NCBI GenBank assembly: GCA_023250515.1
Contig: JAHFAO010000001.1
Coordinates: 1-59,120, forward strand
DNA length: 59,120 nt
Reading direction: 5' to 3'
Source of the DNA: Deltaproteobacteria bacterium
GTDB lineage: Bacteria; Desulfobacterota; Binatia; UBA9968
A program made the translations under genes and the position numbers. The notes beneath the pieces are model-generated. The model saw only the letters and a program-made list of their open reading frames with translations, searched no databases and was not told the DNA's origin. Shown here piece by piece: positions 1 through 10,736 of the stretch. The first letter of the stretch is position 1, and every line of letters starts with the position of its first letter.

Positions 1-7
1 ACTGCTT

Positions 8-1006
8 TTACAAGGTTAGGTCGGCATCGGCATTCAGACGAAAATCATCTCTGTGGCCCCGCTCCAGCCAGTGATACCCGGCAAGAGCGATCATAGCCCC
101 ATTGTCGGTACAAAGCCCGGGAGAAGGGAAATAGACTTCCATCCCCTCCTCTTGTGTTTTCTCCAACATCTTCTCTCGCAGACGGCTGTTGGCCGCAACC
201 CCACCGGACAATACGATGCGGCTCACGCCAAGCTCCCTCGCCGCCCGCAAAGTGGGCGCTACGAGCATATCCACGACTGCCTCTTGAAAGCTAGCCGCAA
301 TGTCAGCCCTTTGCCCCTCCCACCCTTCTTTCCCGCGCGCCTTGAGGTACTGCAAGACAGCGGTCTTTAAACCGCTGAAGCTAAAATCGTAAGTGCCCTT
401 CTTCATGCGGGAGCGAGGAAAAGAAACAGCCTTGGGATTGCCATTCCGGGCTAACTGATCGATAACCTTTCCTCCCGGGTAACCTAAGTTCATCATCTTT
501 GCCACTTTATCATAGGCCTCTCCCGCCGCATCGTCCCGTGTGCCTCCCAAATGGAGGTACTCTCCAATATTCCGCACCAGATAGAGAAGCGTATGACCAC
601 CGGAGGCGAGCAGGGCAACATAGGGGAACGGGATATCCTGCTCCAGAAAAATTGCCAGGAGGTGGGCCTCTAGATGGTTGATGCCGACATAGGGCATCCC
701 CCAGCGAAAGGAGATCCCCTTAACCATGGAAAGCCCAACGAGGAGAGATCCCACTAGTCCCGGACCGCGCGTGACCGCGATACCGTCCAGGTCCTTCAAT
801 CCAACACCTGCTTTTTGTAGGGCCCCGTCGAGGATTGGAAGGATGTGCTGTACGTGTTGGCGTGAAGCCAACTCCGGAACGACACCACCATAAGGACCGT
901 GGACTGCGTCCTGAGACGAAACGAGATTTGCAAGGACCGTGCGGCCATTGAGGAGCACCGCTGCCGCGGTATCATCACACGAGGTCTCTACACCCAAAAC
1001 CAACAT
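8..1006 (-). CDS. tsaD: tRNA N6-adenosine threonylcarbamoyltransferase TsaD (Kae1/Gcp family)
   Basis: 332-aa ORF. The N-terminus MLVLGVETSCDDTAAAV, the GINHLEAH metal-site motif and the overall length are typical of TsaD. Confidence 0.93.
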   Translation of the reverse strand: MLVLGVETSCDDTAAAVLLNGRTVLANLVSSQDAVHGPYGGVVPELASRQHVQHILPILDGALQKAGVGLKDLDGIAVTRGPGLVGSLLVGLSMVKGISFRWGMPYVGINHLEAHLLAIFLEQDIPFPYVALLASGGHTLLYLVRNIGEYLHLGGTRDDAAGEAYDKVAKMMNLGYPGGKVIDQLARNGNPKAVSFPRSRMKKGTYDFSFSGLKTAVLQYLKARGKEGWEGQRADIAASFQEAVVDMLVAPTLRAARELGVSRIVLSGGVAANSRLREKMLEKTQEEGMEVYFPSPGLCTDNGAMIALAGYHWLERGHRDDFRLNADADLTL

Positions 1007-1034
1007 TGGACTATCTTGATGGAAGCTACCGCTC

Positions 1035-1811
1035 TCAACGGAAAGAAGGACTCGTCTCTCCTCGCATGCGACTTAGCCCCTCAGACGCCACTCGGTTGCC
1101 AGGATTCAACCGGAGGGCCTGGGAGTAACTGGAATCGGCTCGCTGGAAAGAACCCAACGCACGGAAACCCTCCCCCTTCAAGGCAAGAACCTCGGCCAAC
1201 CAATAGGGCTCACTGGCGAAAAGAGACTCTGCAACGTCAAGAAAATTGAGAGACTCCTGATAACGACCCATGCGATAGTGGGTCTGGGCCAAATAGTAAT
1301 AGCCGTAAGGATTCGTGGAGTCGATGGCAATCGTCTTTTCAAGCCGTGCCAACGCCTTTGCGTACTCCCCAGATTCGAGGAGCTTTTTCCCTTCTTCGGT
1401 GAGGCGCAGTGAGGCGGCGCGCTGGGGTGGGGTCCTCGGGGTTATCTTTGCGATCAGGGAGCTATCATCGGGTAGGGGAGGGGGCGTCTCTCTCCCGGGA
1501 GTGGATCGCGCAGGTTGATCTTTAGACCTTGACTGTGGGACAGTGCCTTTCTCTTTGAGATCCTGCTCTTTGATTTTGGACTGTTCTAGAACCGGCTTTG
1601 TCTCAGGTGCTTGCGTTGCAGGGGGTAAGGCGACTTGAGGCGAACGGGGAGCTGGAGTGGAAACAGATGGCGGCGGCCAGGTTGAACGGGAAGGCCGAGT
1701 TGGTGCGCAACCCTGAATCAAAAACGCGACAACGAGCGCCCCAAGAAAGCTTAAGACTCTCCGACCGAAAACGTCACGCCAGCACACTTCCAAAACCTGC
1801 TTCCATCGCAT
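1035..1811 (-). CDS. TPR-repeat (lipo)protein with Pro-rich linker
   Basis: ORF trimmed to the ATG at 1809-1811, just after the PBP1A stop. It has a hydrophobic signal ending LIQGC (lipobox-like), a Pro/Ser-rich segment, and C-terminal TPR-like repeats (YYYLAQTHYRMGRYQESLNFL...). Confidence 0.6.
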   Translation of the reverse strand: MRWKQVLEVCWRDVFGRRVLSFLGALVVAFLIQGCAPTRPSRSTWPPPSVSTPAPRSPQVALPPATQAPETKPVLEQSKIKEQDLKEKGTVPQSRSKDQPARSTPGRETPPPLPDDSSLIAKITPRTPPQRAASLRLTEEGKKLLESGEYAKALARLEKTIAIDSTNPYGYYYLAQTHYRMGRYQESLNFLDVAESLFASEPYWLAEVLALKGEGFRALGSFQRADSSYSQALRLNPGNRVASEGLSRMRGETSPSFR

Positions 1812-1816
1812 TATCC

Positions 1817-4198
1817 TTATCTTGCCCATAACTGAGAAAAAAGCCAAGACAAAAAATTCCCAGGCGCCGAGAAAATTTGGGCCAATGGGGCAGGATGGAG
1901 AGGACAAAAACCGCTAGGTTCTTCTCCCTCAAGGAACGCCTCTTGAATGACCTGTGGACAGTTAGGGGTTGCACGGTACCCACTCAGAGGATCGATATCG
2001 ATCATCTTTATACCCGGTGCCGGAATAAAATCGGTAACCGGACTGCCGACCGTGGCCCGCTTCATAAACTCCGTCCAGATCGGAAGCGCGGCCTGAGCCC
2101 CGGGTAAGCCGAGCTTGCTCTGGTTATCAAATCCCACCCACACGACTGCCAAGAGGTCTGGAGTATAACCTACAAACCAGGCGTCCTTGGTGTCGTTTGT
2201 GGTCCCGGTTTTACCCGCCGCCGGTCGATCAAACCCCTGGATTCTCGCCGCACGGCCTGTACCCCGATCCAGGACACCTTTCAGTAAGTGATTCATCATG
2301 AAGGCTAGCTGAGGAGTAATCACCTTTTCTACCCGAATATCCCTTTTCTCCAAAACCCTTCCCCCTTGATCCATAACCTGCTTGACCGCCAACGGCTCGG
2401 TGCGCACCCCATTATTAGCCAATGTAGAAAAGGCGACCCCAACTTCCAGGGGGGAAACCTCAACAGAACCTAAGGCCAGAGAAGGCAAGGCCGGCAGGGA
2501 GCTTTGAATACCGAGGCGATGGGCCATGTTCCGGATATTCTTAATCCCCACGTCTCTGGCGATGCGTGCAGTCGCTGAATTGAGAGACCTCTCCAAGGCC
2601 CTACGCAAGGTCACGGTCCCAAAATATTCTCCGTTGTAGTTATCAGGACGCCATTCCTGTCCCTCATAGCTCCAGGTAAAGGGAGAGTCATCCACCATGG
2701 TCACAGGGGTAAATTTCCGTCCTCCCTCTTCTGAGCCATGCATAAGGGCGGCGAGATAGACAAACGGCTTAAAGACCGATCCAGGCTGGCGCTTTGCCTG
2801 AAAGACACGATTGAATTGAGACTTCTGGTAATCTCTTCCTCCCACCATGGCCTTGATCTCACCGGTTTGAGGTTTGATAACCGCAATGGCACCCTCGAGA
2901 TGATCCCCCTCACCTCTCTTCCGCAAATGAGGATAGGTTTCCTCTAACCGCCTTAAACCCTCCACCAGGGCCCTTTCCGCTGTCTTCTGGAGATGGAGAT
3001 CAAGACTCGTAAAGATCCTCAGCCCCTCCGCTGTTAAAACCTCGTTGGAATAGTTCAACGCGAGTTCCCGTTTTAAAAAATCGACGTAGAAGGGGGCATC
3101 GTTGGCAATCTTCACAAGCTCGCGAGGCTGAATGACCTCTCGAAGCGCCCTCTCATATTGGCTACGTGTAATAGACGCATCTTCCAACATTTTGGACAGG
3201 ACAACGTTTCTGCGTCGAGTAGCGACCTCAAGGCTCCGATAAGGAGAATAGCGGTTGGGCGCCTTAATGAGCCCAGCAAGGAGGGCCATTTCTCCGATCG
3301 TCAGCTCCGAAATCTCCTTGGAAAAATAAAAACGTGAGGCCTCCCAGACCCCAAAGATCCCCTGAGCTCCCTTTTGTCCCAGGTAGATCTCGTTCAAGTA
3401 GTTCTCGAGGATTTCCTCCTTGGAATACTTCCGCTCTGCAATGAGCGCCATCAGGGCCTCCCTGACCTTGCGCTGGATGGTCCGCTCGTCTGCCAGAAAA
3501 AAATTCTTCATCAACTGTTGCGTTAGGGTACTCCCGCCTTGGACAATCCCCCCGCTACGCAGGTTCACCCAAGAGGCGCGCAAGATAGCCACAGGATCAA
3601 TCCCCCGGTGGCGATAAAATCTCTCATCCTCAATAGCCAAGATCGCCTGCACCAGTAACGGCGGAACTTCAGCTAAAGTCACCACCCGCCTCTCCTGCCA
3701 GATACGATCATAAAGGCCGGTCACCAATTCAGGCTCTAATTCAAGCGAAAATAGCTCCTCCCCGTTATCCAACTTCTGCATTTTAGCGATCGTAGTGCTT
3801 TGCAAGGCGATGCGGACGGGAACTCCCTTAAAGGCCTCTAAAGGGTAGCCGAAATCGTTGAGATAAATCTCCAGGAGGCCTTCCCTTTTCACGAAGCGGT
3901 ACTCTCCTTTCGCCCTCGGTGCATTGCGGCCTTCTCTGTAGCCCAGACGACGGAGCTTTTCCCATAGATCCTCCATGCGGAGGTTCATCCCAACATAGAG
4001 CAGAAACGTGTCGGAATAGATCTTAGACGGGAATTGCCACTTTCGGCCTTCAAATTTCGCTATGACAACCTCCTCGACGTGCCTCACGTACCAAGCACCG
4101 AGGATTACCCCACTAACGATAAAGAGAGTGATTAGGAGAAAAACAACCTTGAGAGTCTGAAGGCGGGACTTTTTCAAGTCAAAAACTCCGGGATCCAA
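1817..4198 (-). CDS. penicillin-binding protein 1A (bifunctional transglycosylase/transpeptidase)
   Basis: GT51 motif EDERFYRHRGID. Transpeptidase motifs SVFK (SxxK), SLN (SxN) and KTGTT (KTG). N-terminal TM helix. The track start is a TTG codon, so the exact start is uncertain. Confidence 0.92.
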   Translation of the reverse strand: MDPGVFDLKKSRLQTLKVVFLLITLFIVSGVILGAWYVRHVEEVVIAKFEGRKWQFPSKIYSDTFLLYVGMNLRMEDLWEKLRRLGYREGRNAPRAKGEYRFVKREGLLEIYLNDFGYPLEAFKGVPVRIALQSTTIAKMQKLDNGEELFSLELEPELVTGLYDRIWQERRVVTLAEVPPLLVQAILAIEDERFYRHRGIDPVAILRASWVNLRSGGIVQGGSTLTQQLMKNFFLADERTIQRKVREALMALIAERKYSKEEILENYLNEIYLGQKGAQGIFGVWEASRFYFSKEISELTIGEMALLAGLIKAPNRYSPYRSLEVATRRRNVVLSKMLEDASITRSQYERALREVIQPRELVKIANDAPFYVDFLKRELALNYSNEVLTAEGLRIFTSLDLHLQKTAERALVEGLRRLEETYPHLRKRGEGDHLEGAIAVIKPQTGEIKAMVGGRDYQKSQFNRVFQAKRQPGSVFKPFVYLAALMHGSEEGGRKFTPVTMVDDSPFTWSYEGQEWRPDNYNGEYFGTVTLRRALERSLNSATARIARDVGIKNIRNMAHRLGIQSSLPALPSLALGSVEVSPLEVGVAFSTLANNGVRTEPLAVKQVMDQGGRVLEKRDIRVEKVITPQLAFMMNHLLKGVLDRGTGRAARIQGFDRPAAGKTGTTNDTKDAWFVGYTPDLLAVVWVGFDNQSKLGLPGAQAALPIWTEFMKRATVGSPVTDFIPAPGIKMIDIDPLSGYRATPNCPQVIQEAFLEGEEPSGFCPLHPAPLAQIFSAPGNFLSWLFSQLWAR

Positions 4199-4221
4199 GA
4201 TAGCACTGAGCTATTTTCCTT

Positions 4222-4265
4222 TCAAAAACAAGAAAAAGAGGGCCGGATGGATCAACCCGGCCCTC
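4222..4265 (-). terminator. rho-independent terminator downstream of htrA
   Basis: Minus strand reads GAGGGCCGG-(10-nt loop)-CCGGCCCTC followed by TTTTTCTTGTTTTT. The 9-bp GC-rich stems are at 4238-4246 and 4257-4265. Confidence 0.8.
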
Positions 4266-4289
4266 TCGTCACAGCGTTCTTTAAAGAGA

Positions 4290-5795
4290 CTATCGCGAAG
4301 GCTTCAACGCGAGAAAGAGCGTACTCTCCCCACGGCGCACCAGGAACAAGATCCCCTTCCCCTTTTTGGTCTCCCCGATGACCTTTCGATAATCTGCAAG
4401 TCTCCGAATCGGTTTGCGATCAATCTCCAAGATAATATCCCCGCGACGCAACCCTGCCTCGTCTCCCGGACTCCCAGGCTCCACTGCGCTAATCACTACT
4501 CCTTCCGGCCGATCCAATCCCAAGCTTTCGGCAATTTGCGGCGTCACTCCCTGTACGGTCAATCCTAGCTCCCCTTTCTCTTTGGTCGACGCGACGACCT
4601 CTTCTTCCTTCAGCTCACCAACTGTCACAGAGAGGAAAACCTCTTTTTTCTCTCGCAGGACCTTTAATCGCACTTTCTTATCCACCGGTGTACGAGCCAC
4701 GATAATAGGAAGGTCATTCGATTCCTTGATCTCCTTTCCATCAAACTCAATGATGACATCCCCCACCTTAACCCCCGCACGCTCCGCGGGCCCATCCTTT
4801 GAGACATTGGCGACCAACGCCCCTTGGGCCTTATCTAACCCAAGAGATTCCGCAATCTCAGGAGTCACCTTTTGAATAAGGACTCCCAGGTAACCCCTGG
4901 TAACCTTTCCCTTCCCCTTCAGCTGAGGCAGCAGCTCCTTGACTAAATTAATAGGAATCGCAAAGCCGATCCCGATATTGCCTCCTGTCCTGCTGAAGAT
5001 CGCCGTGTTGATTCCTACGACTTCGCCGCGCAGATTGATCAGAGGCCCTCCGGAGTTCCCCGGATTGATGGAGGCATCCGTTTGTATGAAGTTGTCATAG
5101 GGACCCGCACCGATATGCCTGCCCTTCGCACTCACAATCCCAGAGGTTACGCTGTTGTCCAGACCGAAGGGATTCCCAATCGCCAACACCCACTCTCCCA
5201 CATCGAGTCGATCCGAGTCGCCCAGGGTGGCCGCGGAAAGGTTATTCTTGGTGTTGATCTTAATCACCGCGAGATCCGTCTTTGCATCCTTACCGATGAC
5301 CTTAGCCTCAAATTCGCTCTCGTCTGCGAGTTTGACCACGATCTTTTGGGCATTTTCGACAACATGATTGTTGGTCAATATGGAGCCGTCCCGGTCAATG
5401 ATAAAACCTGAACCGAGACTCCTCTGACGAAAGGGTCCGCGAGGAAATGGACCACCGAAAAATCTCTTCCAGAACTCACTTAACGGGTCCTCTTCCCCAA
5501 AGGGACTTCCAAACCCTTGAGCCCCCCCTTCACTTACCTGGGTTGTCGAGATATTTACGACCACGGGCCTAAGCCTTTTTGCCAAAGTGACAAAGTCGGG
5601 CAATCCTTGAGGCTCCGCACCCGCCCGAATCTCCGCACTCCCGGATTCCCCTAACAAATTAATGTGAACGGCGCGGCCGCTGGAGAGCCAATCTAGACTT
5701 CCATTGACACCCAGGCCCACCAGCAAAGAGACCAAGGCAACGATCATCAGTCCCTTCATGCCTATTCTTTTACCCCATATCCCTTTTTCTTCCAT
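4290..5795 (-). CDS. htrA: periplasmic serine endoprotease DegP/HtrA (Do family) with two PDZ domains
   Basis: Trypsin-like catalytic motifs (TNNHVV, DLAVIK, GNSGGPL). Two PDZ-like repeats (GVxVxxVxxxSPAxxAGLxxGDVI). N-terminal signal/TM segment. Confidence 0.92.
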   Translation of the reverse strand: MEEKGIWGKRIGMKGLMIVALVSLLVGLGVNGSLDWLSSGRAVHINLLGESGSAEIRAGAEPQGLPDFVTLAKRLRPVVVNISTTQVSEGGAQGFGSPFGEEDPLSEFWKRFFGGPFPRGPFRQRSLGSGFIIDRDGSILTNNHVVENAQKIVVKLADESEFEAKVIGKDAKTDLAVIKINTKNNLSAATLGDSDRLDVGEWVLAIGNPFGLDNSVTSGIVSAKGRHIGAGPYDNFIQTDASINPGNSGGPLINLRGEVVGINTAIFSRTGGNIGIGFAIPINLVKELLPQLKGKGKVTRGYLGVLIQKVTPEIAESLGLDKAQGALVANVSKDGPAERAGVKVGDVIIEFDGKEIKESNDLPIIVARTPVDKKVRLKVLREKKEVFLSVTVGELKEEEVVASTKEKGELGLTVQGVTPQIAESLGLDRPEGVVISAVEPGSPGDEAGLRRGDIILEIDRKPIRRLADYRKVIGETKKGKGILFLVRRGESTLFLALKPSR

Positions 5796-5804
5796 CGAAT
5801 TCTC

Positions 5805-6236
5805 CTATTTTCTCTTCACTGTCTCGACGTATTTCATGCGCAGATCAAAGAGAACATCGTTAATAAGTTTCTCTTCTCCTTGATCCAAATTCCCTCTGGT
5901 CTTCTCCCGCAACAGACCAATAATATCAATCATCTGTTTAGCCACTGGGATGTCGCTCTCCACTTTTCCACTTAGTGGGTTGGGGATCTCTCCCAAATGC
6001 ATCAGGGCCTGTGTGCTGAGGCTGATGACAAACGTGGAGAAGTTGATTTCTGAGAAGCTCTCATCCGTGGCCCTTTCCTTTTCACTAGACCCTTCACTGG
6101 CCGTTTTTTTGCCGGGTCCCTCTGACGGATCCTCTCTCTCTGTTGCCTCTCGAGGCTCTCCTGTCTCAGGCGAAAATCGGCGCCGGTCTTCTACCTTGAA
6201 GCCCTTTCCTTCTCCTTTTTCTCCCTCTCCAGCCAT
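5805..6236 (-). CDS. DUF1844 domain protein
   Basis: Acidic N-terminus followed by INFSTFVISLSTQALMHLGEIPNP...AKQMIDIIGLL, which is characteristic of the DUF1844 family. Confidence 0.75.
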   Translation of the reverse strand: MAGEGEKGEGKGFKVEDRRRFSPETGEPREATEREDPSEGPGKKTASEGSSEKERATDESFSEINFSTFVISLSTQALMHLGEIPNPLSGKVESDIPVAKQMIDIIGLLREKTRGNLDQGEEKLINDVLFDLRMKYVETVKRK

Positions 6237-6336
6237 AGAACCTCCAAGTATTAAGTTCAGAGAGAGAAAATGCCTGGAAACATCACCGCTTAAACGGCTG
6301 GCAAAATTCCAAGCATACCTCTAAGGCCATCCTAGT

Positions 6337-7212
6337 TTAATAGGTCATGGCGCGGAGCCGCGCCACCCTTTCTTCCACTGGGGGATGGGTACTAAAAAGT
6401 CTCAGGAAGGAACCACCCGATAACGGATTCACAATAAACATGTGAGCAGTTTCAGGACGTCCTTCAAGCGGAACCACTTCGCTGGCGCGGGCAAGCTTTT
6501 CTAGGCCGGAGGCCAAACCAAGGGGATTTCCCGCGGTCCTTGCCCCGGTGGCGTCAGCAAGAAATTCTCGCGAGCGGGAAATGGCCATCTGAATAATGAG
6601 AGCGGCTATGGGAGCCAAGATGGACATCAAAACCAGCCCCAGGACTCCTCCTCCACCCTCATCATCTCTCTCGCTCCTTCCCACACCAAAGATAGCAGCC
6701 CACCGCGCCATATTAGCGAGCATCATGATGACACCGGCAAGGGTAGCAGCGATGCTGCCAATGAGGATATCACGGTTTTTAATGTGGGAGAGTTCGTGGG
6801 CAATGACCCCCTCGAGCTCTTCTCGATTCATGATTTGTAAAATTCCTTCCGTGACCGCGACCACCGCATGCTGCGGATTTCTACCGGTCGCGAAGGCGTT
6901 GGGAGACTGGGAAGGAACGACATAAAGCCGAGGCATCGGTAGTTGGGCACGCATGGTAAGATTCTGAACGATCCGGTAAAGCTCGGGAGCCTCATCGAGA
7001 CCCACTTCGCGCGCCTGATACATGGCGAGGACAATCTTATCGGAAAACCAATAGCTTCCGAAATTGAGCAGCAGTGCGAACCCAAAAGCAATGACCAACC
7101 CTTGCGAACCGCCAAAAAGCTGCCCAATGCCGAGGATGATCCCGGTCAAAAGACCTAAAAGAAGCACAGTCTTTAAGGAATTTTCCATGCTCCATTCTCC
7201 TCTATCACGCAA
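6337..7212 (-). CDS. htpX: zinc metalloprotease HtpX
   Basis: Peptidase M48 HExxH motif ([10 protein letters not shown]) and four predicted TM segments. The C-terminus ...[11 protein letters not shown] is typical of HtpX. The start may be the internal Met9. Confidence 0.9.
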   Translation of the reverse strand: MRDRGEWSMENSLKTVLLLGLLTGIILGIGQLFGGSQGLVIAFGFALLLNFGSYWFSDKIVLAMYQAREVGLDEAPELYRIVQNLTMRAQLPMPRLYVVPSQSPNAFATGRNPQHAVVAVTEGILQIMNREELEGVIAHELSHIKNRDILIGSIAATLAGVIMMLANMARWAAIFGVGRSERDDEGGGGVLGLVLMSILAPIAALIIQMAISRSREFLADATGARTAGNPLGLASGLEKLARASEVVPLEGRPETAHMFIVNPLSGGSFLRLFSTHPPVEERVARLRAMTY

Positions 7213-7274
7213 AGACGTAAATCCAAACTTTCATTCATTGTTTAGCTCAACTTTAATCCCTGCACCCCCCCTTG

Positions 7275-8309
7275 TCAAGGTGGCGATCTTTGTTGTTCAC
7301 CATCTCCCCACACCTCTTCCAACTTTCCGATAACATCAACCGGATTTAGCGTGGTTAAGCACTTCCGGTGAGGGCAGGCCTTCATGACGGAATGAACACA
7401 GGGGGAACACTCTACGTTTTGGCTGATCGCTGTAACTTTTTTCCCGCGCGGCGCCCACTGAACCGGGTCTGTCGGACCGAAGAGCGCGACGGTCTCTACT
7501 CCGAGGGCGGCCACCAGATGGGTGACGCCGCTATCATTGCCGAGATAGAGATCACATTGAGTTAGCAAAGCAGCTATCTTTGCTAGCTCCAAGCCGCGGA
7601 GAACTAGCGCATGACCCCAATGATTCCCGATCCCTCCTCTATCCTCTTCTACCGGGCCCAAAAGGACAATCACCTTACCAAACCTCTTCTCCCACCACTC
7701 AGCAACGACCTTATAAAACTGGACAGGCCAATTCTTTTCCGCCGCTCCGCTACCCGGGGCCAATACCAGGATCCTTCTTTCCTGAAGCCCACTCTGCTGC
7801 CAAAACCCCTGAATCCAAGAGAGGGCATCAGACCTTAACGGGATAGCCGGAAAGATCTCTCTCGGATGCCTCTCTCCCAGACAGGAGAGGTAGTAATCCA
7901 CCATGGGTATCCGCGAACTGGAAGGACGGAAAGGAAAAATCCGCACCCTGTTACCCGATAGGATCTGAAGATGTTTAACGAAATCCGGCTGACTGCTCCC
8001 CATCCATGAGTAAATGGATGAATAGGAGCTGTAGAAACACTTAAGCCTTTCATCCCGTTCGGCCCCTGGAACAAAGAGGCGACTGATCTCGTAACACTCC
8101 ACCGAGCGTGTCGTGACAGTCGGAGGAAGCAGATCTCCATATTCTGTTCGGGCCAAAAGATCCAATCCTCCAACCCTCGCTATCTTTTCCAGCGCAGGAA
8201 GAAAACAGATAAAATCCCCCAGCGCGCCGGGAAAGACAACCAGATTCTTCTTCGGAATGGTCTGGGATCCTGACAACCGAGTGAGTTTCAATTGACTTTC
8301 CTGCTGCAA
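7275..8309 (-). CDS. glycosyltransferase family 9 (heptosyltransferase-like)
   Basis: N-terminal VVFPGALGDFICFLPAL and C-terminal GNDSGVTHLVAALGVETVALFGPTDP match the GT9 ADP-heptose:LPS heptosyltransferase signatures. Confidence 0.8.
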   Translation of the reverse strand: MQQESQLKLTRLSGSQTIPKKNLVVFPGALGDFICFLPALEKIARVGGLDLLARTEYGDLLPPTVTTRSVECYEISRLFVPGAERDERLKCFYSSYSSIYSWMGSSQPDFVKHLQILSGNRVRIFPFRPSSSRIPMVDYYLSCLGERHPREIFPAIPLRSDALSWIQGFWQQSGLQERRILVLAPGSGAAEKNWPVQFYKVVAEWWEKRFGKVIVLLGPVEEDRGGIGNHWGHALVLRGLELAKIAALLTQCDLYLGNDSGVTHLVAALGVETVALFGPTDPVQWAPRGKKVTAISQNVECSPCVHSVMKACPHRKCLTTLNPVDVIGKLEEVWGDGEQQRSPP

Positions 8310-8375
8310 AAATATAGCATATGACCAATCTCAATTCGAACCTCCACTCCTGATTGCGGAAGAAGAGCGCGTAAT

Positions 8376-9329
8376 GTGACAAGTTTCAACGGCGCCCGTT
8401 CCATCCTGGATCTCATCGGCTCCACCCCGGTTGTCAGATTGAGAAATCTGCCGAATAAAAACGATGCCGAGGTGTGGGGAAAACTGGAGTCCTTCAACCC
8501 CGGCGGCTCAGTAAAGGATCGCATCTGCCTCAGCATGATTGCGGCGGCGGAACGTGAACAGAAACTAAAACCGGGGGCCACCATCGTGGAACCGACCAGT
8601 GGAAATACAGGCATCGGCCTCGCCCTGGTGGCTGCAGTGAAGGGATACCGGTTGATCCTCACCATGCCGGACACCATGAGCGAAGAGAGGCGCAGCCTCC
8701 TTACCGCCTACGGCGCCAGGCTCATCTTAACCGCGGACACAAAAGGGATGGGCGGTGCTATCCGAAAGGCCGAGGAACTCCTATTAGAGCATACGGATTA
8801 CTTCATGCCCCAGCAGTTCAACAATCCGGCAAACCCCGAAATCCACCGTCGCACGACGGCCGTAGAGCTGCTGAAACAGTTCAAACGGATTGATGCTTTT
8901 GTGGCGGGCGTGGGGACCGGAGGAACCATCACGGGGGTCGGAGAGGTTCTGAAAGAGAAGATGAAGGGTGTAAGGGTCTATGCAGTGGAACCGGCGGCCT
9001 CTCCGGTGATCTCTGGAGGACAACCTGGGTATCATAAGATCCAGGGGATCGGGGCAGGCTTCATCCCCACCGTCCTGAACACGCAGATTTACGACGAGGT
9101 GATCACGGTCACCGACGAGGATGCTGCGCTTTACACTCGGAGATTAGCCCTGGAGGAAGGGATCCTGGTGGGCATTTCTTCCGGAGCCGCATGCTGCGCC
9201 GCCCTTAAAGTTGCCAGGACCATGGGCAAGGGACATGTGGTGGTTACTATATTCGCGGATAAGGGCGAGCACTATCTAAGCACGGACATATTTGGCGATC
9301 GACAATGGATACAAAACTCGAAAACTTAA
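8376..9329 (+). CDS. cysK: cysteine synthase A (O-acetylserine sulfhydrylase)
   Basis: PLP-dependent beta-family motifs: NPGGSVKDR (PLP Lys), [25 protein letters not shown] start. Confidence 0.92.
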   Translation: MTSFNGARSILDLIGSTPVVRLRNLPNKNDAEVWGKLESFNPGGSVKDRICLSMIAAAEREQKLKPGATIVEPTSGNTGIGLALVAAVKGYRLILTMPDTMSEERRSLLTAYGARLILTADTKGMGGAIRKAEELLLEHTDYFMPQQFNNPANPEIHRRTTAVELLKQFKRIDAFVAGVGTGGTITGVGEVLKEKMKGVRVYAVEPAASPVISGGQPGYHKIQGIGAGFIPTVLNTQIYDEVITVTDEDAALYTRRLALEEGILVGISSGAACCAALKVARTMGKGHVVVTIFADKGEHYLSTDIFGDRQWIQNSKT

Positions 9330-10120
9330 AAGAGATATTAAGGGGGACGGCTGGCGTCGTGGTAGCCTTTTCCGGAGGTGTCGATTCAACGTTCCTCCTT
9401 AAGGTCGCGCATACGGTCTTGGGAGACCGGGCCATCGCCATGACCGCTTCATCCCCTACTGCCCCACCAGGAGAGCTGGAAGCCGCAGAGGAGCTGGCCA
9501 GGACCATAGGATGCCAGCACATGATTGTCGTCTCTCATGAGCTGGACAATCCATCCTTTTCCCGGAATCCAGTGAACCGGTGCTACTTCTGTAAGGATGA
9601 GCTTTACCGCATCTGCCGGCTACAGGCCGACCGGCTAGGGCTCACTACGATTGTTGACGGGACCAATCTTGACGACTTGAAGGATCACCGTCCCGGGCTC
9701 AAAGCAGCCAAGGAATGGCGTATCCGTCATCCCCTGGTGGAGGCACGGATGACCAAAGAGGAGATTCGTCGCAATAGTCGCGAACTGGCTCTCCCCTCCT
9801 GGAACAAGCCGGCCATTGCCTGTCTCTCTTCCCGCTTTCCTTATGGCATCGAAATCAACGTGGAGAGACTAGAAAAGATAGCCGCGTGTGAACGGTTCCT
9901 CCAGGAACTTCGGTTCAGAGAGTTCCGCGTTCGATATCATGGAGAGTTGGTCCGCATCGAGGTGGCACCAGAAGAAATCAATCGCCTCCTCGAGACAACT
10001 ACCAGAGAGGCCATCGTTCAGAGATTTAAGGAAATCGGCTTCAACTTCGTGAGCTTGGATTTGCAGGGCTACCGAACAGGAAGCATGAACGAGCCGCTAG
10101 GCAACCGCATTGCAAAATGA
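9305..10120 (+). CDS. larE: ATP-dependent sacrificial sulfur transferase LarE-like (PP-loop ATPase)
   Basis: PP-loop SGGVDS near the N-terminus. CYFCK and [10 protein letters not shown] motifs are typical of the LarE/TIGR00268 family. Overlaps cysK by 25 nt. Confidence 0.8.
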   Translation: MDTKLENLKEILRGTAGVVVAFSGGVDSTFLLKVAHTVLGDRAIAMTASSPTAPPGELEAAEELARTIGCQHMIVVSHELDNPSFSRNPVNRCYFCKDELYRICRLQADRLGLTTIVDGTNLDDLKDHRPGLKAAKEWRIRHPLVEARMTKEEIRRNSRELALPSWNKPAIACLSSRFPYGIEINVERLEKIAACERFLQELRFREFRVRYHGELVRIEVAPEEINRLLETTTREAIVQRFKEIGFNFVSLDLQGYRTGSMNEPLGNRIAK

Positions 10121-10143
10121 AAATTGCAAAGTGCAAAAGTCAA
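10109..10143. repeat. tandem heptamer array (5 x 7 bp, TGCAAA[A/G]-type) covering the larE stop codon
   Basis: attgcaa aatgaaa attgcaa agtgcaa aagtcaa read directly. The larE TGA lies at 10118-10120, inside the array. Confidence 0.85.
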
Positions 10144-10214
10144 ACTTTTTGAAAATAGAATCCGCGAGTCAGTATCCAGCAGCCTGTCCCCCTTCCAATT
10201 CTGTCTCTTATAGC

Positions 10215-10249
10215 TTTTGCATTTTTAAATTTGCACTTTGCATTTTGAC
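10215..10249. repeat. tandem heptamer array (5 x 7 bp), inverted partner of 10109-10143
   Basis: ttttgca tttttaa atttgca ctttgca ttttgac. It contains tttgcactttgca, the exact complement of tgcaaagtgcaaa in the first array. Confidence 0.85.
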
Positions 10250-10275
10250 TTGAGCCATTTGTGGCTAAGGAACCT

Positions 10276-10330
10276 GCCCTTCGCGGAGTAGTGCTTCGGC
10301 AAACACGAGATCCTCAGGCACCGTTATCTT
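10276..10330. repeat. 55-bp direct repeat, copy 1 (orphan copy of the ispD 3' end)
   Basis: gcccttcgcggagtagtgcttcggcaaacacgagatcctcaggcaccgttatctt is identical to 11537-11591. Confidence 0.95.
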
Positions 10331-10736
10331 CAGGGAAGCGGGGAAGCGAGGGGGAGCGAGGGGTCAAGTCTGCTCTTGGCTCATCTCTTGCTGTCCTTCC
10401 CGCCTGCTCCCCTACCGAGAGGCTGTCTTTCACTCCCGTCGTTCTGGCACTTGGACAAAGCAAAAACGCCCGGATGGGGAGACACAGTCCGGGCTAATGT
10501 AAAACGCATCGAAGATGTGACCGGATCAAATGACCCCGCCTATCAGGCTCAATAATGGGTCTTTATTTATGCTAAGCAACGGGTAGCCGTCAAGCGGAAA
10601 AATGGCAGTTATTATCCACTAAGAAGAAAGGAGGAAACTTGGGCGGCGGGGATTAGTATTCTTGAATCGTGGGGAAAATGACCGTCGGCAAAGACCGCCC
10701 TTAGTGGGACTCCAATTGTCAAAGGAAAACCAAATC

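Noticed and set aside
8376-10120. cysK-larE as part of a nickel-pincer (Lar) cofactor operon.
   Set aside because: No larB, larC or larA homolog is present in the window. LarE-family PP-loop proteins occur widely outside Lar operons, so only the family call is kept.
10261-10497. A 78-aa plus-strand ORF in the larE-vapC intergenic region.
   Set aside because: Its 5' part is simply the antisense of the duplicated ispD 3' end. It has no RBS or recognisable domain, and its G-rich low-complexity sequence (gggaagcg-type imperfect repeats) explains the open frame.
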